IMG/VR virus record: IMGVR_UViG_3300029288_001872
Location: 1-64,000 of that record
Source of the DNA: a virus
Lineage: Duplodnaviria > Caudoviricetes
Reading direction: 5' to 3' (one strand)
DNA length: 64,000 nucleotides
The translations under genes and the position numbers were made by a program. This document shows, piece by piece, positions 28,602 to 38,545 of this stretch. Numbering within the stretch: the first letter of the stretch is position 1; the number at the start of each line of letters is the position of its first letter. The notes under the pieces were generated by a model. It saw only the letters and a list, made by a program, of their open reading frames with translations, was not told the origin of the DNA and ran no database searches.

Positions 28602-28802
28602 GAAATAATCCTCTTTGCAGAGTGTTTACATCCCTTCGCCACTGACTGACGCATTGAATGAAGACTAGGGAGGCATCCTCAATATACTTTGCTCTGCCAT
28701 GAGCAGTCAGTTCAGTTATTATCTGGCTAGTCAACTGTTTAGTTCCATAAGTCATGATTGGCTTTCATTTCTTTCTGGACCTCTTGTTAAGAGGTAGTTG
28801 AC
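28602..28802 (-). ncRNA. omega-RNA (HEARO-like) scaffold
   Basis: Begins GTCAACTACC, which pairs with GTTGACTAG; contains GATGCCTCCCTAGTC and GGCGAAGGG; directly 5' of isrB. Confidence 0.85.
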
Positions 28803-28833
28803 TTTTTGGTTTTTTAGATATTAGTTATCTTAT

Positions 28834-29988
28834 TTAAACATCGACCCGAGTTATTTGGGCAGTGAAACCATAAGTTGGCGAATAAACAGCTTGGAAAGGC
28901 ATCTTCAAAGTAATTGGGCCTTCACCATCAACTGCATGGTCAGAGCTACTAAACTTAACATTAGGAATAAAGAACTTGTAATATTCATCAGTTCCACCAA
29001 TATCAAATTCAAGCAGAGATGCAGTTTCATTCACAAATTTGTTAATCATAGTGGTATCTTGGAAAAACACTTCCACAGTACCAGTTATATTACATCTTCC
29101 AAGAACAATCTTTTGAGTGTATTGACTACCAATAACAAAAGTGTCTTGTCCAGCATTGTCCAAAGAGAAATCAATGCCAGTTATCAATGCTATCGCAGTT
29201 CCAGCTTCTTTAACTGTCCCAGTAAAGGTATCAAATGGCGAATCAGTCTGAGAAGCAATAGGTGTAGCATCAATAGAAACTGTAGCGATTGTAACGCTAC
29301 GTCCCATTATACTGAAAGTTCCAGTAACAATGTTATTTGGCTTCAAACTAAGCGCAATCTTGTTTACAACACCACCAGCATATCTCTCATAAACATCAAT
29401 ATCAGTATATCCACGTTCAAAAGTGAAAGACCTGTCAGTAACGCCATTAGACAAAGAAGAAAGTCTTTTCACATTAACTGCAACAGTATCAGTAGCAGCC
29501 TTTGAACCTAGAGTGGAATAACCAAGAGTCAAAGTATGAGTTCCAGTAATGGCAGTGACAAGGTGAACACCATTTGTGGTTAAACCAGTGCCAGTAAAAC
29601 CACTAACATAAATACAGTCACCAGTTCCAAGATAACCAAAAGTGAGTGCGGAACTGTAAAGGGTTTTTAATGTGGTTGCACATCCCACAGTTGCCGCAGA
29701 TTTTGAAGCCACAGTTTGCCAAGTGCCACAAAAACCTGCTTCAAAAAGTGGATCAAATTCTGACCAGGACAGCTCTATTGAGGCGTCCCCTGAAATCTTC
29801 TGAGTTCCATGCCGAAAATCCGTAATTTGCCGATCTGAACGCAATTCCTTAGATTGGAATGTATCTTTGGTTAATTGCAATGAACATGCAGTGTGTCTTA
29901 ACTCAGTGTAAGTAGCCGGTGAAGTTCCAAAAACTGTCTCCACTCCATAAAGGAGGGCGTGCTGGCTGCCACTAGAAAAATCGGTCAT
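28834..29988 (-). CDS. Major tail tube protein
   Basis: 'ETVFGTSP', 'SKELRSDRQ', 'ITGTVEVFFQD'; ATG overlaps the upstream TGA. Confidence 0.85.
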   Translation of the reverse strand: MTDFSSGSQHALLYGVETVFGTSPATYTELRHTACSLQLTKDTFQSKELRSDRQITDFRHGTQKISGDASIELSWSEFDPLFEAGFCGTWQTVASKSAATVGCATTLKTLYSSALTFGYLGTGDCIYVSGFTGTGLTTNGVHLVTAITGTHTLTLGYSTLGSKAATDTVAVNVKRLSSLSNGVTDRSFTFERGYTDIDVYERYAGGVVNKIALSLKPNNIVTGTFSIMGRSVTIATVSIDATPIASQTDSPFDTFTGTVKEAGTAIALITGIDFSLDNAGQDTFVIGSQYTQKIVLGRCNITGTVEVFFQDTTMINKFVNETASLLEFDIGGTDEYYKFFIPNVKFSSSDHAVDGEGPITLKMPFQAVYSPTYGFTAQITRVDV

Positions 29989-31088
29989 TGTATTTTCCTC
30001 CAAATTTCCTTATCTAAAATTTTTGCCTTACCATTTTTAATCATCCTATCAATTGTTGATGCACAAACACCAAACGCTTTAGCCGCCTCCTTCTTACATC
30101 CATAAACAACACAATCAATTATTATTGGAACTGCTGCTTGATTGTTTGACCCTATGTTTTTATTTTTACCTTTTGTAGCAGAAGATATTTTAGCTCTGTT
30201 TTCTGGTCTTTTATTTGGGTGTTCATCACCACTTAAAATAATTTTTTTCAAAGTTCCTTTTTTAGCGGCGGTATCAACTTGGCTTCTAGTTATTCCTAAT
30301 TTTTCACCAGCTTCCACAAGAGACCCATAAGTTATTCCATCAATAGTAACTTGTCTTGCCTTATGATTATCCGATCCTATTAAAATTTTTTCTGGTGATT
30401 TCCTAGTCCAATGCTCATCCCCACTTATGCCATATATTTTTTGTTTTTCTGGTTTATTTTTAAGTGGGCCTGGTTTCTTCTTTTCTAAAGTCCCTTTCCT
30501 CCCTGCCCACCATGCTTGTCTATAAGTAATGTTTAATTTTTCCATCGCTTCTGGAACGCAAGAGTAAACAATTCCATCAATTTCTAAATCTGGGGCGCAT
30601 TCACGTTTACCTATGCTAATTTTCTCTCTAACTTCTAGTCTTTTAGCAGGATTGTTTTCTCCGATAAATTTTTTTACAACTTCTGGATTCTTCATAGGGT
30701 TCTTTTCACTAGACATAAACTCTTTATTTCTAATTAAAAATTCTGGATTATGCATAGAATGGTTTTTCTTTTGTTCTTCTGTCCACTTAAATCCAGAAAA
30801 ACCTTCTCCACCATCTGTTAAGTTATAACCATTTGGACTTTTACAATTAAAATGTTTGATATAATATTTTTCCAATTTGCAAAGTTCTTCCCAAGGTTCA
30901 TCATCTATAAGAATATCACAGGAAAAACCTTCTAACCCATATTTGTTTAATGCTCTATGAAAAGGCAAATGTTTTTCATTTTTTGCAGTCATATGTATTT
31001 TCAATCTTCTTTCTAAAGTCTTTGTAGTTATTCCTACATAAGCCTTACCATTAATCAAATTGGTTATTTTATAAACTATACCATTCAT
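29985..31088 (-). CDS. GIY-YIG homing endonuclease with NUMOD-type repeats
   Basis: 'GIVYKITNLINGKAYVGIT', 'GYNLTDGGEG', three 'IDGI.Y' repeats. Confidence 0.9.
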   Translation of the reverse strand: MNGIVYKITNLINGKAYVGITTKTLERRLKIHMTAKNEKHLPFHRALNKYGLEGFSCDILIDDEPWEELCKLEKYYIKHFNCKSPNGYNLTDGGEGFSGFKWTEEQKKNHSMHNPEFLIRNKEFMSSEKNPMKNPEVVKKFIGENNPAKRLEVREKISIGKRECAPDLEIDGIVYSCVPEAMEKLNITYRQAWWAGRKGTLEKKKPGPLKNKPEKQKIYGISGDEHWTRKSPEKILIGSDNHKARQVTIDGITYGSLVEAGEKLGITRSQVDTAAKKGTLKKIILSGDEHPNKRPENRAKISSATKGKNKNIGSNNQAAVPIIIDCVVYGCKKEAAKAFGVCASTIDRMIKNGKAKILDKEIWRKIQ

Positions 31089-31090
31089 AA

Positions 31091-31510
31091 TTAACTATTC
31101 TGCTCGTATGCTTCATAATAAATACTAGTTGAAATTTTATATGTGGGGCCATCAACACTACCCGCATCTGGATACACTTTAACTACTCTCAATTGAAAAT
31201 CATTGAAGGTCAAAAGGCTTCCGCGCTTGAAATGTGTGCATATTCTGTCCACTTTTGCTTTTGCATCTCCCCAACCCTTGTCTATAGGATAGACTGCATC
31301 CACTTGAAAGACCCCGACAAAGCTGTTGAACCCTTGGGGACCAAGTGTCAATCCAACAGTTTCTCCCGGCAGCAGCCATGATCTTAAATAGGGGGCTTCT
31401 ATTGTAGGATCAAAAGAAGTATTTTCAGACACCACTGAAAAATTTGTTGGTGTCATAAGACTTAAATGTTTACAAAGGGCTGACTGAATGGAACTATTCG
31501 CGACTGTCAC
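31091..31510 (-). CDS. Tail terminator protein
   Basis: 'ENTSFDP...YLR', 'GVFQVD', 'HFKRG'; synteny. Confidence 0.75.
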   Translation of the reverse strand: MTVANSSIQSALCKHLSLMTPTNFSVVSENTSFDPTIEAPYLRSWLLPGETVGLTLGPQGFNSFVGVFQVDAVYPIDKGWGDAKAKVDRICTHFKRGSLLTFNDFQLRVVKVYPDAGSVDGPTYKISTSIYYEAYEQNS

Positions 31511-31513
31511 TCT

Positions 31514-32161
31514 CTACCCTCCCAACCCAGAACTTAACCCACCGCCACTCTGCACAGAGGCTACCGCCTCATTGCTGATGCTTCCAAATTCTGCCAATGT
31601 TATTCTCACCATTCCTCTTGGCGCTTGTGGTGAACCATAAGGAGGACTTGGATATACTCTGCCGCCTTCAAGATAAATTGCATATCTCACATTATTAAAT
31701 ATATATGCGATTAACCCATCGTGAATATCCATACCACTTGATATGAATTGTCTACCTTTGTTTATTGTGGCGCTAGCTGATTCAAAGATTCCAGATGTCT
31801 TTACAGTTTCAGTAGTCTTACCTTCCCAATAACCAGTAGTTGTTCTTTTCCCTTTAGGTGTTGCTCTGCTTACTTTCTTCCAAGATACCTTTGAACTAGA
31901 AGTGGATGATTCCTGAATTGAAGATGAGGCAGAATAGACAGAGGAACACTGCCAGGAAGATGCGAGCAAACCTGTGTCGCGTGGTGTCCTCATTACAATT
32001 CTTTTAAACACTTCAAACACCATCTTACGAATTGCTTTATCAATATTATTCATTGCTTTAGCATTGAATAAATTAATCTGGCTAACGAAGTTGCCTAGCC
32101 CTAAGTTAGAAACTTGATTGCTACTTGGTCTAATATAGGTTGATTGATGAGTAATCGCCAT
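31514..32161 (-). CDS. Neck / tail-completion protein (HK97 gp10-like)
   Basis: 'RTPRDTG...SW', 'NNVRYAIYLE.G', 'SPQAPRGMVR'. Confidence 0.8.
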   Translation of the reverse strand: MAITHQSTYIRPSSNQVSNLGLGNFVSQINLFNAKAMNNIDKAIRKMVFEVFKRIVMRTPRDTGLLASSWQCSSVYSASSSIQESSTSSSKVSWKKVSRATPKGKRTTTGYWEGKTTETVKTSGIFESASATINKGRQFISSGMDIHDGLIAYIFNNVRYAIYLEGGRVYPSPPYGSPQAPRGMVRITLAEFGSISNEAVASVQSGGGLSSGLGG

Positions 32162-33134
32162 AACTACTTCCTATAAACTCAAAAATTCTTTCTTTACATT
32201 CATCAGCCTTAGAAACAATTTCACTTCCAGTTAAATGCAACACATCCCATCCACATCTTGCAAGATATAAATCTCTTTCTTGTTCTTTCTTTTTATCTTT
32301 GTGCCATCGCTCACCGTCGCACTCAATAATCTTTCTCTTCTCAATAACTGCAAAATCAGGCCATTTATTTCCAACTCTATGATTAAAAACAGTTTTAATT
32401 CCAAGTTCTTCTAATAATTCAGAAACAATCTTTTCAATATGGGTATATCCTTTACCTTTTGTCTTCTTGGCAAGTATGGCATTCGGATGTTTTTCAGGAT
32501 ATTCTTGATAAAAACTTTTCATTCTTTCTGAATGCTCTGGGTTTTTTCTTCCAGTATATTTCTTTGATAAAATTTCTGCCCTTCTCGCAATAGATGGATG
32601 ATCTTCTTTGGTTAGACCTTTACACCATAATCTACTTTTAGCAAGAGCGGCAAGTTGATTTTCATTTGGTTTTCTTGGATTTCTTTTTTGTTCTTCTGAA
32701 ATAGTAATAGATAATTTTGCTAGTCTTACATCTGTCTCTTTAGTAAGTCCTTTATTCCAACAAACATGGCCTTTCTTACCAGTAAAATATTCTGACAACT
32801 TTGCTAACCTTTCATCAGTTTCTTTTGTCAATCCTCTGTTCCAAATATTAGCTTGTTGGCATTCTCTTCCACAATACTTCTTTTCATCCCATTGTTTTTG
32901 ACTATGTTTTTTATTCCTTGGAAATACTTTATCACAACATTCACACCATTTAATTTCAGTATAATTTTTTATTCTAATTCCCTTCTTTGGTGAAATTCTA
33001 CCAATCGATGATATGTGTTGGCATTTTTTACTACAATATTTTCTATTCTCCCATTGTTTTCTAGAACAGTTTTTTCCATAAACCTTACCACACAGTTCAC
33101 AATATTTTATTTCACAATAAATTTTCTTAGCCAT
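32130..33134 (-). CDS. Free-standing Vsr/DUF559-like PD-(D/E)xK endonuclease with Zn and 'WNKGLTKETD' repeats
   Basis: 'PDF...IECDGERWH...RD'; three WxxGLTKE repeats. Confidence 0.8.
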   Translation of the reverse strand: MAKKIYCEIKYCELCGKVYGKNCSRKQWENRKYCSKKCQHISSIGRISPKKGIRIKNYTEIKWCECCDKVFPRNKKHSQKQWDEKKYCGRECQQANIWNRGLTKETDERLAKLSEYFTGKKGHVCWNKGLTKETDVRLAKLSITISEEQKRNPRKPNENQLAALAKSRLWCKGLTKEDHPSIARRAEILSKKYTGRKNPEHSERMKSFYQEYPEKHPNAILAKKTKGKGYTHIEKIVSELLEELGIKTVFNHRVGNKWPDFAVIEKRKIIECDGERWHKDKKKEQERDLYLARCGWDVLHLTGSEIVSKADECKERIFEFIGSSYGDYSSINLY

Positions 33135-33137
33135 TAT

Positions 33138-33368
33138 TTATGATCCACTCTTATTAAACAAAGAAACTATCATTCCACCAAATCCTTGGCTTATAAATAT
33201 ATAAGTTAATGCTTGTATTCCGCCAGTCATATCTTTTTGTATCCAATAACCATAATAAATGTACATAAAAATCGCAGTCAAGAAACCAAAGAAGCAGCAA
33301 AAACATGCTATGGCAAATATCACATTTGTTCTAATTTCTGATCCATTAACTAAATCTGAAAGCGCCAT
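33138..33368 (-). CDS. Small two-TM membrane protein (holin candidate)
   Basis: Two hydrophobic segments. Confidence 0.45.
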   Translation of the reverse strand: MALSDLVNGSEIRTNVIFAIACFCCFFGFLTAIFMYIYYGYWIQKDMTGGIQALTYIFISQGFGGMIVSLFNKSGS

Positions 33369-33371
33369 TTT

Positions 33372-33677
33372 TTAATCTCTCTCTGGTTCTGGTTTTGGTC
33401 TAGCTTTTCCACCTGTTCTAGAAGAAGTATAATCAGAAGCACTTCTAGTAAGGTATGCTCCCAAACCTCCTGTTCCACCACCACCAACTATTAAACCCAA
33501 TATCAATTTAACAGTCTCACTATCTATTCCTTTACCATGATAAAAACAATGATAGCAAATAAGAATTATAGCTAATAAAAACAATATTACAGTAAGAACT
33601 AACATTGCTGTCGCTACAATAGTAGGGCTATTAACTTTTTCATTTGAAGAACTAATGTATTCTTGCCACCAAGCCAT
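33372..33677 (-). CDS. Small membrane protein (holin candidate)
   Basis: Two hydrophobic segments and a charged C-terminus. Confidence 0.45.
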   Translation of the reverse strand: MAWWQEYISSSNEKVNSPTIVATAMLVLTVILFLLAIILICYHCFYHGKGIDSETVKLILGLIVGGGGTGGLGAYLTRSASDYTSSRTGGKARPKPEPERD

Positions 33678-33679
33678 GA

Positions 33680-34060
33680 CTACTCGCGAAGCAAACCCCT
33701 ATAGAAAAGCACTGTCGCCGCGGGTTCTAATACAGAAATCCCAACAATTCCATACACTTTACTATTCAAAGTAAGTCTATCGCCCAATTCCGGGTCTGAA
33801 GTAGCATTTGTCGTGAATAAAACGATGCGGTCGTTCTGGAGGATAAGAGTCCCCCCAATATACGTTTCTCCATAACCTTTCAAATAAGTCTTAGTTGGTG
33901 TTACATCAACTAAATTAATATTATAAACAGCAGATGATGAAGAAGAATACGAGCCGGTTATCGGGTTAAAACTAGCATTGGTGAACCTTTTTAAAACTCC
34001 GGTAGTCCCAAATTTGGTTATAAGTTTATTAGTTCTATTTGCTAATGCTGTATAATTCAT
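33680..34060 (-). CDS. Head closure protein
   Basis: 'LITKFG', 'FNPITG', 'GTLILQND', 'PELGD'; synteny. Confidence 0.7.
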   Translation of the reverse strand: MNYTALANRTNKLITKFGTTGVLKRFTNASFNPITGSYSSSSSAVYNINLVDVTPTKTYLKGYGETYIGGTLILQNDRIVLFTTNATSDPELGDRLTLNSKVYGIVGISVLEPAATVLFYRGLLRE

Positions 34061-34062
34061 AG

Positions 34063-34575
34063 CTATGCTCTAAAAATTTCCACGTTAGTTTTTCCGCGAA
34101 TCCATCCCCTAAGTAGTGTATCTATATATGGTTGTGAAGGAACTTGTTGTGCTCCACCTGAATCATATTGTATTTCTACCACATCAACTTTTTCTCTAAT
34201 AACATTTCCAGTGGTGTCATTATCTGGTAGTGGATCATCACCATTAAGAAATCTATAAGCAAGTTCTGCCTGAATCCATTTTATTTGTAAGGGAACACAA
34301 GTGGATGAAATAAAATAGGAATTTTTATCTGTTACGTTTCTTCTAGGCCACTCAAGAGGTTGAGTTGATAATGCCTTAGTACCAATGAAGTCTTGTAATT
34401 CCATGTAGTAACAAGCACGAATCAACGCAGCACTTTGTGTAGTTGTGGTTCCAGAAGCCCAACTAGTTAGTTTCCCAATTTTTGTAAAATATTCCGTACA
34501 AGAATTTAGGCTAAAATAGGAGTTTGCAGATGCAGGTGTCGTGGAGGCACCTGTTTCAATTACAAGTTCTGGCAT
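34063..34575 (-). CDS. Head-tail adaptor (DnaT-like family)
   Basis: 'LVIETG...ANSY', 'QPLEWPR', 'REKVDVVEIQY'. Confidence 0.8.
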   Translation of the reverse strand: MPELVIETGASTTPASANSYFSLNSCTEYFTKIGKLTSWASGTTTTQSAALIRACYYMELQDFIGTKALSTQPLEWPRRNVTDKNSYFISSTCVPLQIKWIQAELAYRFLNGDDPLPDNDTTGNVIREKVDVVEIQYDSGGAQQVPSQPYIDTLLRGWIRGKTNVEIFRA

Positions 34576-34765
34576 TTATATTCCCTCCTATTCCCAAAAC
34601 TTCCACCAAGATTTCTTTTCTGGTAAGTCATAAATAACTTTAACAATATCACTAATTGACATCTTTCTTAGTTCTACTAATTTTATCTTTCTACGCATCT
34701 CTAGTATGTTTTTGACAATGAATTTCTTTTGTTTTAAAGAAAATTCCACTATTAGAATCCAACCT

Positions 34766-34912
34766 TTAAAAACCTCTTAGTCTTGAATCTCTCTTATTTG
34801 GGTCCAAGGCGGTGCCATTTCTCTTTGACAATCTCATCGACTTGGGTACCTTGGTCTTAATCTTTTTCTTTTTCGCTGTCTTCAATTTTTTTATTTTCGA
34901 TTTTGCGCCCAT
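34766..34912 (-). CDS. Very basic 48-aa protein (not in the ORF track)
   Basis: Manual translation MGAKSKIKKLKTAKKKKIKTKVPKSMRLSKRNG...; GAGG RBS. Confidence 0.5.
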   Translation of the reverse strand: MGAKSKIKKLKTAKKKKIKTKVPKSMRLSKRNGTALDPNKRDSRLRGF

Positions 34913-34932
34913 AAAAAGAACCTCAATTATAG

Positions 34933-35139
34933 TTATTTCTTTTTCTTAGAAAGTTTGTTTAGAGTTTTAGCCAATGATGCTCTCTTCTTAGTCTTGGCAG
35001 TCGCCTTAATTTTTCCAGTCATAACGGCATTAGCAAATTCTTGCACACCCATATCGTGAGCCTTAGCTTGGGCAGTAAAACTACCTGTTTTTAATTTAGC
35101 AGATTGGATAAACTTTTTCTTACTTCTAACAGTACCCAA
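34933..35139 (-). CDS. Small Lys-rich protein
   Basis: GGAGG RBS; 'KKFIQSAK...KKRASLAKTL'. Confidence 0.6.
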   Translation of the reverse strand: MGTVRSKKKFIQSAKLKTGSFTAQAKAHDMGVQEFANAVMTGKIKATAKTKKRASLAKTLNKLSKKKK

Positions 35140-35150
35140 GGTGTATCCTC

Positions 35151-35357
35151 CTAATCTATTATCTCAACCTTACAACCAGTAATTTTAACGCCCAATTTCA
35201 TTATCTTTTTACCTAACCACATTCTAAATTTAAACATAGGATTGATATTAAATCTAATCTGAATACATAATTCTCTGATTAAATCAGAAGCGTTAATATT
35301 TACAGTTTCAAGAGGTGGGTGTAACATATTATTTTTCCTTCCCTTTTTTCTTTCCAC
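35151..35357 (-). CDS. Hypothetical protein
   Basis: Co-oriented ORF filling the gap. Confidence 0.4.
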   Translation of the reverse strand: MERKKGRKNNMLHPPLETVNINASDLIRELCIQIRFNINPMFKFRMWLGKKIMKLGVKITGCKVEIID

Positions 35358-35368
35358 CTTTACATTTA

Positions 35369-35899
35369 TTATTCATTAGGGGTGTCTTTTTCTCTGTCTT
35401 TGGCATACCATCTTATGTCTTGTCGTTTTGCAGGAACACCCCAGACCATAGTATCTGGTGCAACATCCCGAGTACAGACCGCGCCAGCGCCTATCGTCGC
35501 GTTGCGACCCACGGTGATTCCAGGAAGAAGGATAGCTCCCGCACCAATTGTGGCTCCGTCCTCAATGATTGTTACAGAAAATTGGCCTTTTCGATCAGCC
35601 TTCGGTTTTTTAACATTACACACCACCACACGTGGACCTAAAAAAACTGAATCACCAACAATAGTAGAATCAAAAAGTTGCACTCCATTTTGAATACGAC
35701 AGAATTTGCCAATTCGAGTATTGCCAGAAACATAGCAGTGTTCAGCAATCATCGTTCCTTCTCCGACCACTGCGCCGGGAAGGATGTGGGTCCAAGCAAA
35801 AACTTTTACCCCATTCCCTAGTGAACAACCCGACTCAACATAACTTTTAGGATGAATAAAAATTGGCGGTGAATTTTTCAAAGGGTCTTTACTATCCAT
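35369..35899 (-). CDS. Hexapeptide-repeat sugar N-acetyltransferase (WbpD/WlbB-like)
   Basis: Left-handed beta-helix repeats; 'RIQNGV', 'VFLGP', 'GATIGAGA', 'WGVPA'. Confidence 0.85.
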   Translation of the reverse strand: MDSKDPLKNSPPIFIHPKSYVESGCSLGNGVKVFAWTHILPGAVVGEGTMIAEHCYVSGNTRIGKFCRIQNGVQLFDSTIVGDSVFLGPRVVVCNVKKPKADRKGQFSVTIIEDGATIGAGAILLPGITVGRNATIGAGAVCTRDVAPDTMVWGVPAKRQDIRWYAKDREKDTPNE

Positions 35900-36869
35900 A
35901 AATTACTTCTCCTTCTGGAGTATTGTGATATTTTTCGTTTTCATATATTTCTTTTATTGCAGAAACAGAACGCTCAACATTTTTAGGCGAAATAGAATTT
36001 ACTTCAATAAATCTATCTCTCATTCCACAAACCATTTCTATTGCTATTCTATTTTCTTCTATCCCATATCCTTCGCCAGCGAGAATTTTCTTGTACATAT
36101 TTGTGTGAAGTTCAGTAAACCCTTTATCAAGATTCAAAGTATATTCATCACCGATACTTAAACACCTATTTGGAATTCCTTCTATTAGATCATTTTTATC
36201 TGTAGATAAAAACCATTCCACATAAGCATTTTCTAAATCAATATAACCACTCGCCTTTGTTTCTGTAAGTGAAGATACTGAAGCCATTTTCCAATGACCA
36301 AATGTATAATTCATTATATCAAAAGCATGAATAGCAAGATTTAGGAGTATTCCACCACTTTTGTTAATATCAGATTTCCAAGATTTTCCGTACCAATCAC
36401 CTCTTGGAACCACATAGCGAAGATTGACTTTATATCGTTCTTTGTTACTTAATTTGATTATTTCTCTTAATCTATTTATTTCTTTGTGTAATCTTAATTG
36501 AAGAATTGAGAATACTTTTTTCCCAGTTTCTTTTTCTATTCTAATCAAATCATCTAAGTCAGATGGAAATAAACAAAGAGGTTTTTCACATATTACATTT
36601 ATATTATTTCTAAGTCCGAATTCAATGTGTTGTTTGTGCATATGATTTGGAGATATGACAGTCAGCCAATCAATTTTATTTTCTTTACAACACTCTTGAA
36701 AATCTAAATCATTCATAAAAAATTTACACTCATTGAACCAAGAATCGAGATGGCCAACTATATCATTTTTACTCAAGACCGCAATCAATTCTCCATTAAC
36801 ATCAGAGATGGCTTTTAAGTGTTTATGGCTTACATATCCACACCCTACCATTGCAAATTTTGGTTTCAT
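35892..36869 (-). CDS. Gfo/Idh/MocA NAD-dependent sugar-nucleotide 3-dehydrogenase (WbpB/WlbA-like)
   Basis: 'VGCGYV..KHLKAI', 'SPNHMH', 'CEKP', 'LQLRLH', 'SWK...KSGG', 'GFTELH'. Confidence 0.85.
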   Translation of the reverse strand: MKPKFAMVGCGYVSHKHLKAISDVNGELIAVLSKNDIVGHLDSWFNECKFFMNDLDFQECCKENKIDWLTVISPNHMHKQHIEFGLRNNINVICEKPLCLFPSDLDDLIRIEKETGKKVFSILQLRLHKEINRLREIIKLSNKERYKVNLRYVVPRGDWYGKSWKSDINKSGGILLNLAIHAFDIMNYTFGHWKMASVSSLTETKASGYIDLENAYVEWFLSTDKNDLIEGIPNRCLSIGDEYTLNLDKGFTELHTNMYKKILAGEGYGIEENRIAIEMVCGMRDRFIEVNSISPKNVERSVSAIKEIYENEKYHNTPEGEVIYG

Positions 36870-36879
36870 TCATTCACCT

Positions 36880-37041
36880 TTATTTCTTCTTTGTTTTAGT
36901 TTTAGTTTTAGTCTTTTTCACTTTTACTGCACCAGAATGTAACTCTGATTTTAGTTTCTTTTGTTGTTCACTAGTCAACGGGCTTACTTTTGATAAAAGG
37001 TAGCGCGTCTGTTTCAATGATTTAGTTTTAGTTTTTGCCAT
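36880..37041 (-). CDS. Lys/Thr-rich 53-aa protein (not in the ORF track)
   Basis: Manual translation MAKTKTKSLKQTRYLLSKVSPL...KKTKTKTKTKKK. Confidence 0.55.
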   Translation of the reverse strand: MAKTKTKSLKQTRYLLSKVSPLTSEQQKKLKSELHSGAVKVKKTKTKTKTKKK

Positions 37042-37426
37042 AATTAAATTAACCTTTTAATTCAAACCAATTAGCTTCTGAGCCACAACCTTTATTTCTT
37101 AATTCTTCACAAGAGTCTTTTGGCAACCCTCTTACTTTTCCTTTATTTTTTATGTGAGAACAGAAATCTGAATATACTTCTTCTGGTTCTTCTTCTATAT
37201 TACTTTCTTCTAAGTAAAACTTACAATCAATACATAATTTAATTTCATCCATTTTTATATTCCTCCAATTCCTTTTCCAATCTTTTATTCTTGTTCTTCA
37301 AAACTGTATATTGCGAATTGCACTTTATCTGAAACAATTCGTTTTCCAATTCTTCCACTCTCTCTTCCAATTCCAGAAGTCTATTGACGATCTGGTCTTG
37401 GGTGAGAGGGTGTAGTTTGATTAGTT

Positions 37427-38545
37427 TCATTGACATTTCTTTCTTCTCATATCTACTTTCCTGCAACCAATTTCACTATGTGCCAATTCATGACATGGTA
37501 CACAAAGCGTGATGCAGTTATCTAGATCAGCAGATTCAATAGGGTTTAATTCAATACCTTCAAAATGATGACAATGAAGAGAAACTTTAGTTTTCTCACA
37601 TCGTTGACATTGATATGAATCTCTAGCAAAAACCATTTGTCTTAATTCAGGTTGCACTTCGCGATTAAGAGGAACTGTTCCATTCATCTGATTCAAATAA
37701 CCATTTTCTGTCTTTTTGTAACTAGGACAAACATTTTGACATAATTTTGAACAATATAAATTGTGTTCATAAATATCTTTTCCATTTATAAAATCTATTC
37801 TACCACAGACTTGACTCCTAGTAGGAATAAACATTTTTCCGCAATATTTGCAAATACATTCGAGAATAGCTGGATTTTCTCTATTTCTCTTAACCTTCTC
37901 ACCAACACTCAATAATGTCGCTGCATATGTATCATAACTAGCCACTTGTTTATTTTTTGAAAGACCATGTGTAGTAGTAACTTTGCTTGCTCTCTCTAAT
38001 GCTAGACATCCACAAGACTTAGTATGACCGTAAAATAATCTTGAACTTAATATTTCTTTTGTTTTTCCACAATCACATTGACAATTCCAATACCAATAAC
38101 CAAATTTATTTTGCTTTGTTTTTGATATAGCAACAAGTCTATCAAATCTTTTATTGGTCAAATCGTATTGTTCTTTTCTTTGAATACACCCACAAGATTT
38201 AGTTTTACCATTCCATACTTTATTTCCTTTTATTTCTTTCACAGAACCACAATCACACTTAAACATCCAATACCAATCATTGTCTTTCCCCATCTTTGTT
38301 CTATATAAAGCAGTTAATCTATTAAATTTTTGTCCAGTAACATCTTTGAATTTATCATAATATTGTCTTGCACATTGTCTACTACAACAACCTTCAATTT
38401 TCTTTGCTGGAAAAACAAGACAATCTTCACCACAATTGAAACATTTTATTTTTCTATATAAACTTTTTCTAGTTGAATGTTGATATCTAAAAATATCACT
38501 ATTAATCCACTCTCCTTTTGAGAGAACTTCTTCAGTTATCTTCAT
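37427..38545 (-). CDS. HNH homing endonuclease with duplicated 'W.C.CDCG...KSCGC' domains
   Basis: 'RDSYQCQRC...HCHH...NCITLC..CH'. Confidence 0.85.
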   Translation of the reverse strand: MKITEEVLSKGEWINSDIFRYQHSTRKSLYRKIKCFNCGEDCLVFPAKKIEGCCSRQCARQYYDKFKDVTGQKFNRLTALYRTKMGKDNDWYWMFKCDCGSVKEIKGNKVWNGKTKSCGCIQRKEQYDLTNKRFDRLVAISKTKQNKFGYWYWNCQCDCGKTKEILSSRLFYGHTKSCGCLALERASKVTTTHGLSKNKQVASYDTYAATLLSVGEKVKRNRENPAILECICKYCGKMFIPTRSQVCGRIDFINGKDIYEHNLYCSKLCQNVCPSYKKTENGYLNQMNGTVPLNREVQPELRQMVFARDSYQCQRCEKTKVSLHCHHFEGIELNPIESADLDNCITLCVPCHELAHSEIGCRKVDMRRKKCQ

